Assembly (NCBI RefSeq): GCF_048593235.1
Contig: NC_133622.1
Coordinates: forward strand, 243,850,055-243,914,054
DNA: 64,000 bases
Direction of reading: 5' to 3'
DNA from: Sminthopsis crassicaudata
Taxonomy: Eukaryota
Within the stretch, counting starts at the first letter, position 1. Each line of letters starts with the position of its first letter. The translations under genes and the position numbers were made by a program. The notes beneath the pieces were generated by a model, which saw only the letters and a list, made by a program, of their open reading frames with translations, did not search any database and was not told where the DNA came from. Shown piece by piece: positions 12,670 through 26,137 of the stretch.

Positions 12670-13749
12670 NNNNNNNNNNNNNNNNNNNNNNNNNNNNNNN
12701 NNNNNNNNNNNNNNNNNNNNNNNNNNNNNNNNNNNNNNNNNNNNNNNNNNNNNNNNNNNNNNNNNNNNNNNNNNNNNNNNNNNNNNNNNNNNNNNNNNNN
12801 NNNNNNNNNNNNNNNNNNNNNNNNNNNNNNNNNNNNNNNNNNNNNNNNNNNNNNNNNNNNNNNNNNNNNNNNNNNNNNNNNNNNNNNNNNNNNNNNNNNN
12901 NNNNNNNNNNNNNNNNNNNNNNNNNNNNNNNNNNNNNNNNNNNNNNNNNNNNNNNNNNNNNNNNNNNNNNNNNNNNNNNNNNNNNNNNNNNNNNNNNNNN
13001 NNNNNNNNNNNNNNNNNNNNNNNNNNNNNNNNNNNNNNNNNNNNNNNNNNNNNNNNNNNNNNNNNNNNNNNNNNNNNNNNNNNNNNNNNNNNNNNNNNNN
13101 NNNNNNNNNNNNNNNNNNNNNNNNNNNNNNNNNNNNNNNNNNNNNNNNNNNNNNNNNNNNNNNNNNNNNNNNNNNNNNNNNNNNNNNNNNNNNNNNNNNN
13201 NNNNNNNNNNNNNNNNNNNNNGCTAAATGACACAGTAAGTAGAATACCTTGTCCTTGAGTCAGCTTTCAAATCCCGCCTCAGATACTTTCTAACTGTGTG
13301 CTCTTGAGCAAGTCACTTAATCCCGATTGCCTACAAAAGAAAAAGTCTTTTATAAACCAGACATTGTACTAGATACTAGGTTCCAAAGCCCACTGGTCTC
13401 AGACACTTANNNNNNNNNNNNNNNNNNNNNNNNNNNNNNNNNNNNNNNNNNNNNNNNNNNNNNNNNNNNNNNNNNNNNNNNNNNNNNNNNNNNNNNNNNN
13501 NNNNNNNNNNNNNNNNNNNNNNNNNNNNNNNNNNNNNNNNNNNNNNNNNNNNNNNNNNNNNNNNNTAAACGAGACAGTAAGTAAAACACCTTGTCCTTGA
13601 GTCAGCTTTCAAATCCCACCTCAGACATGTCCTAACTGTGTGCTCTTGAGCAAGTCACTTAATCCCGATTGCCTACAAAAGAAAAAGTCTTTTATAAACC
13701 AGACATTGTACTAGACATGAGGGTTCCAAAGCCCACAGTCTCTGCCTGA

Positions 13750-14860
13750 AGGAATAAGATGGAATGTCATTCATAAGAAACAGCAGGAAAGTCTATTTGT
13801 CTAGACAGCAGATTGTGGGAAGGAGAGCCATTTATAATGAAATTGAAAACTACTAGAATGCTGTTAGATTATAAAGGGCTTCAAAAGCCAAGAAAATGAC
13901 TGTCTAATTTATCCTAGAGGCAACAGGGAGCCACTATAGTTTATTGAGTAAGAGAGTATCATAGTCAGATCTGTATTTAAGCAAAATCATTTTAGCAGTT
14001 GAACTGGAGAAAGGAGAGACATGAGTCAGAGAGATCAATGAAAAAGGTCATAGCAGTAATCCATGGAAGAAATGATGAGGGGCTATATGAACAATGAGAA
14101 CTGGATGAATGTAAACGATTGTGAAGGAAGAAAGAGTAAGATTTGATGACTGATTAGAAGGGTGAGAGAGAGAGTGTTGAGCTTGCAAACCTGGAAGAAT
14201 GAGAGCATGGAAGAGCCCTTGGCAAAAATAGACAATATTGGAAGAGGGATGGGTTAGGGGAATGATACAACAAATTGGGTTTTAAACATGTTGAGTTTGA
14301 GGTATCTATAAGCCAACCAGTTTAAAATGTTTAGTGAGTAACTGGAAATTCATGACTGGAACCCCAAATGAGACTGGAGCAGGAGCTAAAGAGTCATGTG
14401 CATGGAAATGAAAATTAAACCCATGGGAGCAGATGAGGTCATCAAAGAGATGTAGAGAGTGAACAGAGTGAGTCTTAAGACAGTGTGGTGAGGTACCTTT
14501 ATGGCCCTTGATTTGCATGAGCCAGTAACATAACCTGAAAAAGAAAGGACAAACAGGAATCCTGGGATAGAGAAGTGTCAACAAAACCCAAGGGGAAGAG
14601 AGTCCAGGTGAATGAGGTGATTAACAGTTTCCAAAGCCCCAGAGAGATTAAGAAGGATAAGCACTGAAAAAGTCACTTTCAGTTTAGTAATTGAGCCATT
14701 AGTGGAGTAATCACTTTCACTGGAGTGCCCTGACAAGAAATCATTTTGCAAAGAGTTAAGAAGTAAGAGGAAAGGCCAGGAAAATAAGATCTTTTTTTAA
14801 AGAGTTTGGCTAAGAAAGGAAGGACAAGATAGAAGGTTATAGTGAAGGTTTTTTCCAGAT
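13750..14860. mobile_element. Ancient degenerate LINE remnant (L2-like)
   Basis: Purine-rich degenerate sequence resembling L2 3' regions as recalled. No ORF. Family and limits approximate. Confidence 0.35.
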
Positions 14861-16291
14861 AGAGGAGATGGGATTATTTGTAGGCTGTAAAGAGAGGAGC
14901 CTCAAAAACAGGAGCAAGTGACTCACAGGAACTTGGAACTGAGTTATATAGATCACAACATATGCAAGAGATATTTATTAAATGCTTACTATGTACGAAC
15001 CCCTCCCCATTCTGGATATGTTGAGGGAGACACAATATTTCGAAAAGGACACTGTCCTTAAGTACTTTATAGCCTAGGAGTCAAGTGACACATAGAGGTG
15101 ACTAGAAAATATACTATTTCTTAAACACAAGAGAATTATTAATCACTCAATCATAAGCATTTATTAAGCATTTACTGTATGCTAGGCATTGGGGATACAA
15201 ATAAAAGAATGAAACAATTTCTACATTTTTTTTTTTTTTTTACTTTTAAGTTGGGGAATGGAAGGAAGGAAATGAGCATTTAAATGTCTCAGCCAGCCAC
15301 TGAACTAAGTACTTTTACAAATATTATCTCATTTGAAGTGGGTGGGAGAGAAGGGAAAGAAGCTTCTTAGCTGAANNNNNNNNNNNNNNNNNNNNNNNNN
15401 NNNNNNNNNNNNNNNNNNNNNNNNNNNNNNNNNNNNNNNNNNNNNNNNNNNNNNNNNNNNNNNNNNNNNNNNNNNNNNNNNNNNNNNNNNNNNNNNNNNN
15501 NNNNNNNNNNNNNNNNNNNNNNNNNNNNNNTTAAGTGTATATTCTATATTCTAACAAAGTGCTATGTGAGGTCCAACGAAGGTCTTTGTTAGGAGCTGGG
15601 GGGCTTCCTGGTGGAAGTGGCTGGTAAACAAGTTGAACTTTAAAGTCTGATGATGAGAAGAGTTTCCAAAAAAGGTGCTCAAGGAATGTTGTGATCTAAT
15701 TTCAAATCAATTCAAATCAACAAACATTGATTAACCACCATAAAAAGACAAAAAAAAAAAAAAAATAGTTATAGTCTTTCAATGAATGCACATTTTTCTG
15801 TGGGATATAATATTTAGAGAGCAGCATAATAGAAGTCATTATGTGACAAGTGTGACAAGGGTTATCGAGAAGCCTAGACCAAGTGGTCCACGGACATTCC
15901 AGGAAGAAGAGAACAGATGTAACTATGGGCATCAAGGAAGGCTTCGTGGAGGAGGTAGCACCTTGATTGGTCCTTGAATAAAGAGAAGCTGAGCCAGTTG
16001 AGGAAGGAGTACTTTTTAGGCACAGGGATTCAGCTACCTTTTTGTGAATATAAAATGGAAGGAGGTGGAATGTCAAATTCTGGAAGTAGGTAGCAGTCCA
16101 ATTAGGCTGGAATGTAAATGAAGCTGGAAAGGGAGGTTGGAGGCAGACTTTATGAGCTCATTTCCTGCTGATGGGAGGTAGGAATGCTGGAGTGACTTCA
16201 TTCTCCAGGCCTGAGAGCACAAGGCAAGCCTTGTGGGTAGGGATGTGCCTGCCTCTCCCACCTGTCACTGATGCTGACTTTCTCTTCCCAG

Positions 16292-16545
16292 AATTCTTTG
16301 ACTTCTCCTATGACCTCAACCTGTGCGGGCTGACAGATGACCCAGAGATTCAGGTATCTACTGCCCATCACCAGACCACGCTAGAGCTGAATGAAGCAGG
16401 AGTCGAGGGAGCAGCTGCCTCCACCGTCTCCGTAGCCCGCATCATGTCCATCTTTGAGGTGAGGCAACCCTTCATCTTCGTGCTGTGGCACCAGAAGTAC
16501 AAGTTCCCTATCTTCATGGGCCGTGTGTATGACCCCAGCTCCTGA
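16292..16545 (+). CDS. SERPING1: C1 inhibitor last coding exon (reactive-centre loop)
   Basis: ttcccag|[16 protein letters not shown]...[29 protein letters not shown]...[10 protein letters not shown]. Serpin hinge and signature present. Confidence 0.97.
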
Positions 16546-16740
16546 GCTCTGGAGGGATCACTGGGTAGGACCAGCTGCTGATGCCCCAAACTTCGCCTCC
16601 ACAGAACACCCTAGGCCTGCCCAGGCTGCCTTTTTCCACTTCTTGCCTTCAAGCAACCAACTTAGGACCACAGTACTGCACAGTAACTTTTTCACCCTTC
16701 CTTTCTCCCTTCGAGGGCCCACATGAGTCTAGCTTTTACT

Positions 16741-16746
16741 AATAAA
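16741..16746 (+). terminator. SERPING1: SERPING1 polyadenylation signal
   Basis: AATAAA about 195 nt after the stop, followed by T-rich sequence. Confidence 0.75.
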
Positions 16747-16926
16747 CTTGGCAGGGCAGACATTTTTTGGACTCTTATTTATTTATCCCCATCAGAATGT
16801 GTATATGGAATTACAGAGATGTTTGATTTCACTGATTATACTTCTATTCAAATCCAAGTCTAAAGCTTTTTCTGATCATTTTTCCCCCTCTTAGGGTAGC
16901 TTTTATTTAATATTTTAAGATTTGCA

Positions 16927-17060
16927 GGGCAGCTAGGTGGTGCAGTGGATAGAGCACCAGCCTTGAATTCAGGAGGACCTGAGTTCAAATCTGATCTCAG
17001 ACACTTAACACTTCCTAGCTGTGTGACCCTGGGCAAGTCACTTAACCCCAGCCTCAGGGG
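16927..17060 (+). mobile_element. WSINE1-like SINE, full length
   Basis: A/B boxes and TGTGTGACCCTGGGCAAGTCACTTAACCCC core, imperfect TSD (aagatttgca / aaaatttgca). Confidence 0.88.
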
Positions 17061-18483
17061 GAAAGAAAATTTGCAAAACACTTTACAATTATTAATTCTT
17101 TGATCGTCACACAGATGAGAAAACCAAATATACAGGGTGAGGTGACTTGCCCAGGGTCACACAATCTGAACAAGATTCAAACATTCTTCCTTACTCTAAA
17201 TCCCATGTTCTATCTACTGCTCCATTTAGCTACCATATAAGGCTTTTAAGGTTTGCAAAGAATTTGTTGAGCCTAAAATAAACTCATGAGGTTGGTGCTA
17301 TTATCTCCATATCCACATGAAGAAACTGAGGCTGAAACAAGTTAAGTGACTTGCTCACAAGAATGTGGGTAAGAATTTGAACTTAGGACCTCCTGACTCT
17401 AAATCTAAAACCCTATCCATCAGTAGTCTGGCTAATGAGGTTCCTAGGCTGATTCCCGAAGCATGTGATCCCAAGGATCCTTTCTTCCTTCTGGGAACAA
17501 GTGTTCTCCTCTCCAGGGTCCCACTTGCTGCCCTTGTTCCCCATCTGATTTTTCCTTTTCTCTGTTCTCCTTGATTCTCTTATTTCTCAAAGTTTCCAGG
17601 TCTCTTCTCTCCTATTATCTGCCCCTTTTCTCTCTCAACATTTGTCTTTCTCATATCTTAGCATTGTTTTTCTGCCTCTCATGTTTCTTAATACCCTTTT
17701 TTGCTATGGTTCTCCAGGTAACTTTCCTCCCAACTTTCTTTCTTGCTCATTTTCAGGGACACTCACATTCCTACTGGTTAATGTAATCAACACAAACCCT
17801 TCCAGTACTCTCCGGATTATGGGATTTTGAGCAAGGACTCTGATTGGGTAGATGTGAAAACTAAGACTTAGTTAAAGAGATGACTTAGGGAAATAACATC
17901 CAAATTCACACAGATAATAAATGACATCAAATGCAGGTCATCTGACTCCTAATACAAACTCTTTGTTGTATAATATAATAAACAAATATAATATAATATA
18001 ATTAAAATAATATAATAATGACATTTGCTATAGAGAAGCCATCATACATTGAACACAGAATACTAGAGGCAGGGTAGAAGAAAAAAGAGAATAAGAATTT
18101 ATTAAGAATTTCCCAAGTGCCAGGGACTATGCATCATTATCTTCCATTTACAATGGAGAAAACTGAGGCAGAAACTGATGACTTGTCCAGGATCACATAG
18201 CTAGGAAGCATGGAAGCTACCAATCAATACATGGAATTGTTGATTCCAATTTCTCAGACATCCTATGCTTAACCAAGGTGACCCACTGAGTTGATGGCCT
18301 CTGGGGATTCAGAAAAGACCTTTGTTTTCCCTATAGCCCTCTCATCCTACTGTTAAAACTGGTTTTTTCCAAGTTCTCTCAAAAAGGTGGTATCACCCTG
18401 GTGCAGAAGAGCTAGGAATCCAACACAGAAGTCCTGCTTTCTGTCACCATGGTGGACATTGGCCTCTATAAAGAATTAAAACA

Positions 18484-18840
18484 TGATGGACAGAAACAAC
18501 TACACCCAGAGAAGGAACACTGGGAATTGAATGCAAAATATTAGCACTACTGACTATCTACCCATTTTACTTAAACCTTCGGAATCCAATACTTAACGTG
18601 CAATAAGAAAGTGGTATTTACACACATATATTATATCTAGGTTATATTGTAACACATGTAAAATGTACAGGATTGCCTGTCATCTAGGGGAGGGAGTGGA
18701 GGGAGGGGAAAATCTGGAAAAATGAATACAAGGGATAATGTTATAAAAAAATTACTCATGCATATGTACTGTCAAAAATATATAATTATAAAATTATTTT
18801 TAATTAATTAATTAAATAATTAATTAATTAATTTTAAAAA
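18484..18840 (+). mobile_element. 5'-truncated L1 3' fragment
   Basis: L1 3' UTR ending in an AT-rich tail, 14-bp TSD AAAGAATTAAAACA at 18470-18483 and 18841-18854. Confidence 0.85.
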
Positions 18841-20490
18841 AAAGAATTAAAACAGAGCACATGAGCTCCAAACTTTATGTGAGGGTTCAAGGAGCCTCCA
18901 ACCTCTGAGAAGGAACAAGAAGAAAGAAGAAAAATGACCTGACTCTCTGAAGAGGTTTTGCTAGTCAAAGACTTTGGGATAGTTTATTTGTGCATGGAGC
19001 TCAAGCTGGAAGGTAACTCAGAGGTAATCCAGAGGCAATTTAGGTTATTTTATAAATAGAGGAAACTGAGAAAGAAAGGGAAAATCACTGGTCTAAAGTT
19101 ATCTATGAAAAAGAGGCAGAGGTAGTACTTCAACCTAGATATGTTCAATGTTTTAATTTTATTTTTTCAACAAATTAAAATTCATTTTCTCTCCTACCCA
19201 TCTCTTCCATCTCTCCATTGGAGAAAAAAAGATAATGAAAAATAAAACTCTTGTGATAAATATGAATAGTCAAGCAAAACAAATTCTTATGTGGGTTTCG
19301 TGTGTGTGTGTTTTTCCAAACCCTGAGTCCACTCCTCTCTGTCAAAAAATAAGTAGTATATTTCTTCTTCATCAGTCCTCTGGAATCATGGTTGATCATT
19401 GCATTGAGTGGAGTCCTTAAGTCTTTCAGAGTCAATCCAGGTTTTTCATGCTAGATTTAGCTTTTTCTCCATAGCACTACACTCAAAGGTACAGGTCAGT
19501 GGTAAACAAATCCTACAGTGAAAGAGGTAGGTCACAGTCATGAGATAGAATGAGTTGTGTGCCTTGAAGATGACATTTCCATTATATTAGAAGATCCACA
19601 GAGAAAAATCTTTGCCTTATTAACGTCCATCTGTGTTGGATCAACAAAAGTGCCTAACAAAAAGTGGGGGGAGAGGGGGGTCCAGGGCACAAGCCAGGTT
19701 GGAAAGGTAAGAAGCCTCAAGAACTCCCCAGTGCCAGGTGGATGTGGGTGGGTTGGCACAAAAGTGCCAAGAATAAAGTTGAGACCGTGAGCACATCTTA
19801 TTCCTTGAAGTAAAGAAACTAGGGCTGATGTAAATGAAAATCCTTTTCCAAAAAAGAAATCAGATGTTCCAGCCTATAAAATGTCAGACTGTCAGTGGTG
19901 ATAAGGAAAGTTCAGGCCATTGGTAGTGTCTAAGAGCTTCTAGAAGGAACCTATATCAAATCTTCTTATAATGGAGAACAGATGAAGCTGGAAATTAAAT
20001 ATCCAATTTAAATAACTAGCATTAAGGGAAAGGTTCAGAGCCCCAAGAGCCCAATTTGGGAAACTAATACAAAGCACCATGGGGTGAAAGGAGTCATTTT
20101 ATAAGTGGGGAAACTGAGGATTAGAGAGGGACAAGTAAATGGCTTAAGATCATCCCATCCAGTTCACAACAGGTAGAATTCAAATCCTGCTTCTAGGAGG
20201 TCTCAGATTTCCAAAAGTATTCTCTAAATCAGGAAAGGTGATATAACAGCAGTTATTAATCACCAGGCTAAGCAAGGAAAAAAAGATCAGACATTCAGAG
20301 AAAATGAGTTAGGTTATCTTACCTGATGGTAGGAAATTCTCTGTCCATTCAATCAGCCAAAGGCTCAGGGAGTGTCCAGCTCTGAAGGAAACATCCTAGA
20401 AGATTTGCCAGAAGAACACAAAAGCAGCACTCCAAACAGAAAGCAGCTCTTCAGGCTGAGGGTTTTGTTTTGTTTTGTTTTGTTTTCCCT

Positions 20491-20622
20491 GAAGCAATTG
20501 GGATTAAGAGACTTGCCTAGGGTCAATATAGTTAGGAATTGTTAAGTATCTGAGGTCAGATTTGAACTCAGGTACTTCTGACTTCAGAGCTGGTACTCTA
20601 TCTATTGTGCCATTTGGTTTTC
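20491..20622 (-). mobile_element. Diverged WSINE1-like SINE
   Basis: Reverse-complement core and B-box (ATTTGAACTC), with a (TTTTG)n tail at 20463-20486. Confidence 0.7.
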
Positions 20623-20764
20623 CTAGCTGAAGTTCTAAGCAAACTGATGATCATAGTGTGAGACTTGATGCTCTTGGACAGGCTCCTCCACAAGAACTCT
20701 GTCATCTTCCCTTAACATGGAACACACAGAGAAGCTGAGCATGTCACCATTCTAGGGAAGAGGA

Positions 20765-20768
<4 letters not shown>

Positions 20769-20795
<27 letters not shown>

Positions 20796-20802
20796 CAAAA
20801 CA
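20769..20802. repeat. (AAAAC)n microsatellite
   Basis: Direct reading. Confidence 0.9.
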
Positions 20803-21012
20803 ACTAATACCTGGTAATCAGAGCTGTAACTAGGGTAAAGTAGTCAGGGATTTGTCCCAGAATGGCAACTCTNNNNNNNNNNNNNNNNNNNNNNNNNNNN
20901 NNNNNNNNNNNNNNNNNNNNNNNNNNNNNNNNNNNNNNNNNNNNNNNNNNNNNNNNNNNNNNNNNNNNNNNNNNNNNNNNNNNNNNNNNNNNNNNNNNNN
21001 NNNNNNNNNNNN

Positions 21013-21120
21013 CCAGAGTCACACAGCTATGAAGTGTTAAGTGTTTGAGACCAAATTTGAACTCAGGTCCTCCTGAATTCAAGGCTGGTGCTCTATCCAC
21101 TGCGCCACCTCGCTGCCCCC
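21013..21120 (-). mobile_element. WSINE1-like SINE, 3' part in a gap
   Basis: Reverse complement of the SINE head (CTCTATCCACTGCGCCACCTCGCTGCCCC). Confidence 0.82.
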
Positions 21121-23744
21121 AGAAGGGAATATTTTATATCTTTATTAGTCCAGATACCACTATCCTTAAATCTCACGATCTAATTTGAGTTCTGCACCTT
21201 CAAAAGGGGATGGAGAAGGAAGAGAAATAAACCCTGAAAGAGGGTAATGTGGTCAAGGATTTGTCCGAGATGGGGGAGGAGTATTTTCTTTATGGTACAG
21301 ATTCTACCATCCTTAAATATCATGATCTTATATGGTTCTACATCTCAAAGAGGATGGGGAAGGAGAAGAGGTAGACTGGAAAAGTTCTTCACTGACATAA
21401 TTGATAAGAGAGGAGGAATATGGCCCAACCCTATCTACGAATGTAAAATTGTATTATTCTCCCCCAACTCTCTTTGTTCTCACAAAAGGACAAATCCTAA
21501 TTATAGCTCTGCTGGTGATATCTGGGTCCTTTGCCCTTGAAGGAAAATGTGAATAACTCTCAAGGGACACACGTAATCCTAAAGGACTTTTGCTCTGGGA
21601 CAGGCAAAGATCCTCTCCTCTTACTAAAACCTGCCTAGTGCTTTGAATATGTGAATGTTTGCTTTGCAATATGTTTAGACAAATTCTCAGACTCCTATTT
21701 TGAGATACCTCAGTTTCTCAAACCATTCTTCCTAGACTTTCTCACTAGATCTGTAACTCTCAGATCCATTCTAGGAGATAGAACTGCTCTCTCTCTAGGA
21801 GATAGAATTGGAATGGGATCAGATTTGGGTCCCAAAAATAAACATACCACTGGATAAGAGTAACAAGAAGGAATTTTAATCGTGACACAAAGTAACACTT
21901 CCTAGCTGCTTGGAGCTATCCAAATGTAAAGTTGGATGTCTCAGAAGGGTGTTCACTGAGAGAGAGAGAGTTCTCCAACCTAATTCTGGATGAATACATG
22001 TGGATACATTTTAGAGGGAATTCTCAATCAAACAGGACTCTATTCCAGTCTCAGTACTTTGAGATCTCACCCATCTTCACAATGTGTAGATGATTCCCAC
22101 CTTTTATTTTTTGTTTGTTTTGTTTTGTTTTTTATTTTTACTTTGGTCTTTGAGCAGGAGCTCAGAAATGTGTGTGGGTCACTCTAAGAAAAGGGGAACC
22201 TCTCCAATACAAGATGAAATATGCTTCAGAGACAGCAAAGAACAGAAATTACAAGTGCTTCCCAACTATTCCCAGATACATTTCCCAAAAGGAACTCTGA
22301 TTGACTTGTACATATGGTTTAAAAAAAAATGCAGAATGAATTGTGTGATATCTAACTGCTCCTCGATGTTCCCCACAAAGGAGCGAGGTTTGGGGGGAAA
22401 GGGATAATCAAACTAAAATTAGTCTGGACAGGATCATATCAAAGTTCTCTATTCTGTCTAATATTCTCTATTTTTAGATTCCTTCCATTTCTGAATCATT
22501 CAACAGAAAGTCCACTCCAGCTAAGTCCACTCTAGCTTTGATATTTTTGGTTCTAAGATTTCTTCTGGATTGAACATTTTCCCAGTCAACTTATGGCTCT
22601 GAAACTTGGTGGCTATTTGACAATTAATCTCATAGACCCTCAGTTTCCATCTCTATGAAATGAGAGTTAAAAACTGCTTGCACTATTTATGCCACAGAGT
22701 AGTTGCCAGGACAGCGTTTTGTAAACTTGAAAGACCTATGCGAGCTATCATTATTTTCTGACTCCCATTGTCCCTCCCAGATATGACCTTCTGCAGTCCA
22801 AGGTTCCTTCCAGTCTGAATTCTGTGCTCTGATTGCAAGTTTCTGAGAACCTGTGGGAGTCATGACCAGCTCATCCTCCCCTGTCCCCTTTACCCCTCAA
22901 CACTCCACATCTTCAAGAGGCCAGTTTCCCAAGCTAAGGCTAGAGGGGAACATGTCTTTCCTTTAGATACATCTAATTCTCTGACAGGAAATGCAGGGGC
23001 AACTCTTGCTGGGTGGAGGGACATTTATAAAAAGTGGAAGGTGGGAAAAGAGAACCAGGAACACTAAGGAGCTTGGAGAATTGGATGCCATAGGGGTACC
23101 TGGGAGGAGGAAGGAAGCCAGGACTTCAGAGCAAAAGAGCTTCCTCCTAATGCAGAGCTTTAAAGTTCAGGATGTTGTAGGCACTATAGCTGGGGTTTCC
23201 CCATTCTCCTTTCTCCTCTGTTACTTCAGGGAGGTTTTTCCTACTGCTTGGCTGGGCTCCTGTCCCATCTTGCCTACCATATGGACATGAAAGAGGGTTC
23301 CAGCCTGGCAAACTCAAGAGTGCTGGCCAATGCCCCTACCCCAGCTGGTCTGGAGCTGCCCCAGCCAATGCTTCCTTCTGCTTTTTGGTCAGGCAACATA
23401 TGGGTTCTGGGCTTTCTCTCCTTTCCCAATGCTTCTCTCTTTGCCCCTGTAGCCGGACCTGGGTGCCATCCTATCCCTTTAGTTTGTTGGTGTTTCTACT
23501 ATAGCTCCTGTGATTGCCGGATGCCTGATCCACCCCTGTTTGAAATCTTAGGCCAGCAGAGGCAGATAATAAGCGATAGTGATCCCACCTTTCTGTAAAC
23601 CTACTGGGCTCTGTTCTCCCCTGGGCCGATTGAGCCTCCCCAATGTGAATGCTCTATTCAACACAGACTGATCCCCTTTCTGGGTCTTCCAAACACTCTT
23701 TAGTAACATCTCTAGTGGAAGTGAATGGATCTCCCTCTAAAAGG

Positions 23745-24300
23745 GATCACAGAAGTCATCTGGTCCAACCTGTACCTGAACAGGAAATTCTTTCCACTTA
23801 AACCCTTTGAGTAAGAGGAAACTCATTACTTCCAGGGCAGTCCATTTGGGTCTGGGACAGCTCTGGGAAGTAGGAAAGTTTTCATTATAACAAGCTAAGC
23901 ACCAGGTCTGGACAGTTTCCGCTCATTGCTGCCATCTCTGGTCAAGTAGAACAAGTCTGATCCCTCATGTGGCAGCTCTTAGGATTCCTGAAGGTGGTTA
24001 TTACTCACCTTTCCTCATTCCAAGGCTTCTTGACAAAATCCTTCCTTCAGATCACAGGAATTCTTATGCTTGAAGGCAGCTTGCATTAGTGATCCATCCC
24101 TCCCCAAGCCTATTCTTCCAGAGCCTAAACACTTCCAGTTCTTTCAACCCATCTAGAACTTTGTTCCCAATAGCCCCATCACCCTTGTATTCCTCCTTTG
24201 GGCAAACTCCAGCCTATGAATGTCCTTCCTCTAATTTGGCACCCAGAAGTGAACTCAAGGTTCTATATGGGGGTCTGAGCGGGGCAGAGTCCTGAGTAGT
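23745..24300. mobile_element. Ancient LINE remnant (CR1/L3-like)
   Basis: Degenerate motifs such as GTCATCTGGTCCAACC and TCCATTTGGG...CAGCTCT resemble CR1/L3 3' ends. Family uncertain. Confidence 0.35.
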
Positions 24301-25579
24301 ATCACCTATCTCCTGGCACCAGCTTTTATTATCATTCAATTTATTATCATTCAAGGATCTGGACCCACAGAAGGACTGAATGAGTGCATCCACCAGCCAA
24401 TCATCAGCTGGGTGTTGTTCATGGAACTGTAGATCCATAGTTATGGCAACAGATGAAAGTGCATTCGTGTGCAGACACATACTGTGCTGTCCCATGTAAA
24501 CCACTTCACCTTGCTGTGCTTCTGGATTGTTTTTCCCCCGTTGGTGAAATGAAAAGACTCTTCTCTCATTTTTAATTCATTTTAAAATCCTCGTTGAAAG
24601 AGGGAGGAGTAGGCTGAGCCAGAAAGAGAGACACAAAAAGAGTCGTGAGTTCCATTTTCTTACTTTTTGTCCACGACGCTTTTGTTTGGAACAAAGAGAT
24701 CCCTTTGGCCTCTCTTTCCTCACTCATTTTGTAGAGCCATTCGGTGTCTGGGGGCCTGTTTAGTAAGTTAGCACATGGATTTCTGGAAGTGGAGAGGAAG
24801 GCTTTCTTCTCTCTCCATTCCCTCCCAAGCTGCTCTGTTTGCTGGATGAGATTTCATGTCCTTTCGGATCAAGCTTCTGAGCCCCAGAAAGAAAGATCTG
24901 AACTGGAGAGAGGAGGGAGTGGAATCCCAGGTAAGGAAACCATCCTGATCCTCCTTCTTTCCTCCACAGTTCCAGGCCCGGCTGGCTCAAACCCTACCCT
25001 TTAGGGAGCTGGAGAATCATTTCCACAACCAGCCTTTAGTCAATAGGCCCCAGAGCTTCAAGAGCTGAGTGCGGCCTGCTGCTCCCCACTCCTCCAGGGG
25101 CTTGGGGGCCAGACACAGGGGTGGGTGTGTCCCAGGGAGTCTGGGCTCCGGGGGCTCTCCAGTGGGGCCAAACTTTGGCTTAAGGGGCTTGAACTCTGTG
25201 GTCATCTCCTCTGACCAAGGGTAGCCCCGGAGCCCAAGATGAATCCTAGGAAGATCTCAGGCATTTATTTGCTAGAGAAAGGGCAGAAGGTTGGACGTGA
25301 GAGAAAAGCCAGAGCTGGGAGAACTGAAGCTTCTCCTATCCCAACCCTGGGGCCACATGGAGAGGTGGGGGTGGGGGTGGGATTCAATCTGCCTCCGGCT
25401 CCAACCAGCCTTGCAGAAGCCTCTTGGGAAGTGTAACAGGAAGCGCAGGGAGTGGGGAATTCTGGAGGGAGGGGGTGGAGGGGCGAGAGGCCAGGGGAGG
25501 GGGTGCCCGGGGAGCGCCATGACATCATGGTCTATTGAGAAGGGGAGGGGGGTGGGAGGGGAGGGGAGAAAGAGGGGAC

Positions 25580-26137
25580 CCGACAGCCAATGAGAAAGAG
25601 GATCTCGTTTCAAAAGGGTTAACCTTCAGCCAATGGGAGCCGGGGGGAGCGATCCTGCTCACTCCATTCAAGAATCCCAAGTATTCAAGATGGACGGCAG
25701 GGAGTGTGGAAAGAGAAAAAGGGGGAAGAGGGGGATGAGAAGAGCAAGGAAAGAAGAGAGGGCACCGAAGGCCAGCCGGCCGGCTGCCTGCAGCTCCCCT
25801 CCAGCCGGCTCTTCTAAGGAGGCTGCACAATCTCCTCTCAGCCAAGACTTAGGAAGGGGGGAGGAAGAGGAGGAGGAGGTGGGAAAGGCAGGAGAGAGAG
25901 AGAGAGAGGGAGTGGGAAAGGGGGAGCTGGGGATAGACACAGGAGAGAGGGAAGGCGCGAGAGAGAGAGGGAGGGAAGGGAAGAGAAGGGAAGGAAAGCC
26001 GAGAGAAGGGAAGGGAAAGGGAAAGGGAAAGAAGGGAAGGAAAGGGGAGAAAAGAGAAGGCAGAGCAGAAGCAGAGACAAGTAGCAGGAAATTGACCATA
26101 AAGAAGAGAACTCTAGATATCCTCAACTCCTAGAAGG
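25580..26137 (+). promoter_or_regulatory. Putative promoter and first exon of the MIR130A host transcript
   Basis: Two CAGCCAAT boxes (about 25584 and 25628), G-rich upstream tract, donor-like AGG|GTAAAG at 26138, 2.9 kb upstream of the miRNA on the same strand. Inference. Confidence 0.45.

Noticed and set aside
12580-13612. ORFs made mostly of X, here and at the other gaps
   Set aside because: They span N-gaps.
13222-13737. Near-identical 170-bp copies (13222-13391, 13566-13737) on either side of a gap
   Set aside because: Flanks an N-gap and contains SINE sequence. Most likely two haplotypes or a mis-joined contig overlap; a real tandem duplication cannot be shown without long reads.
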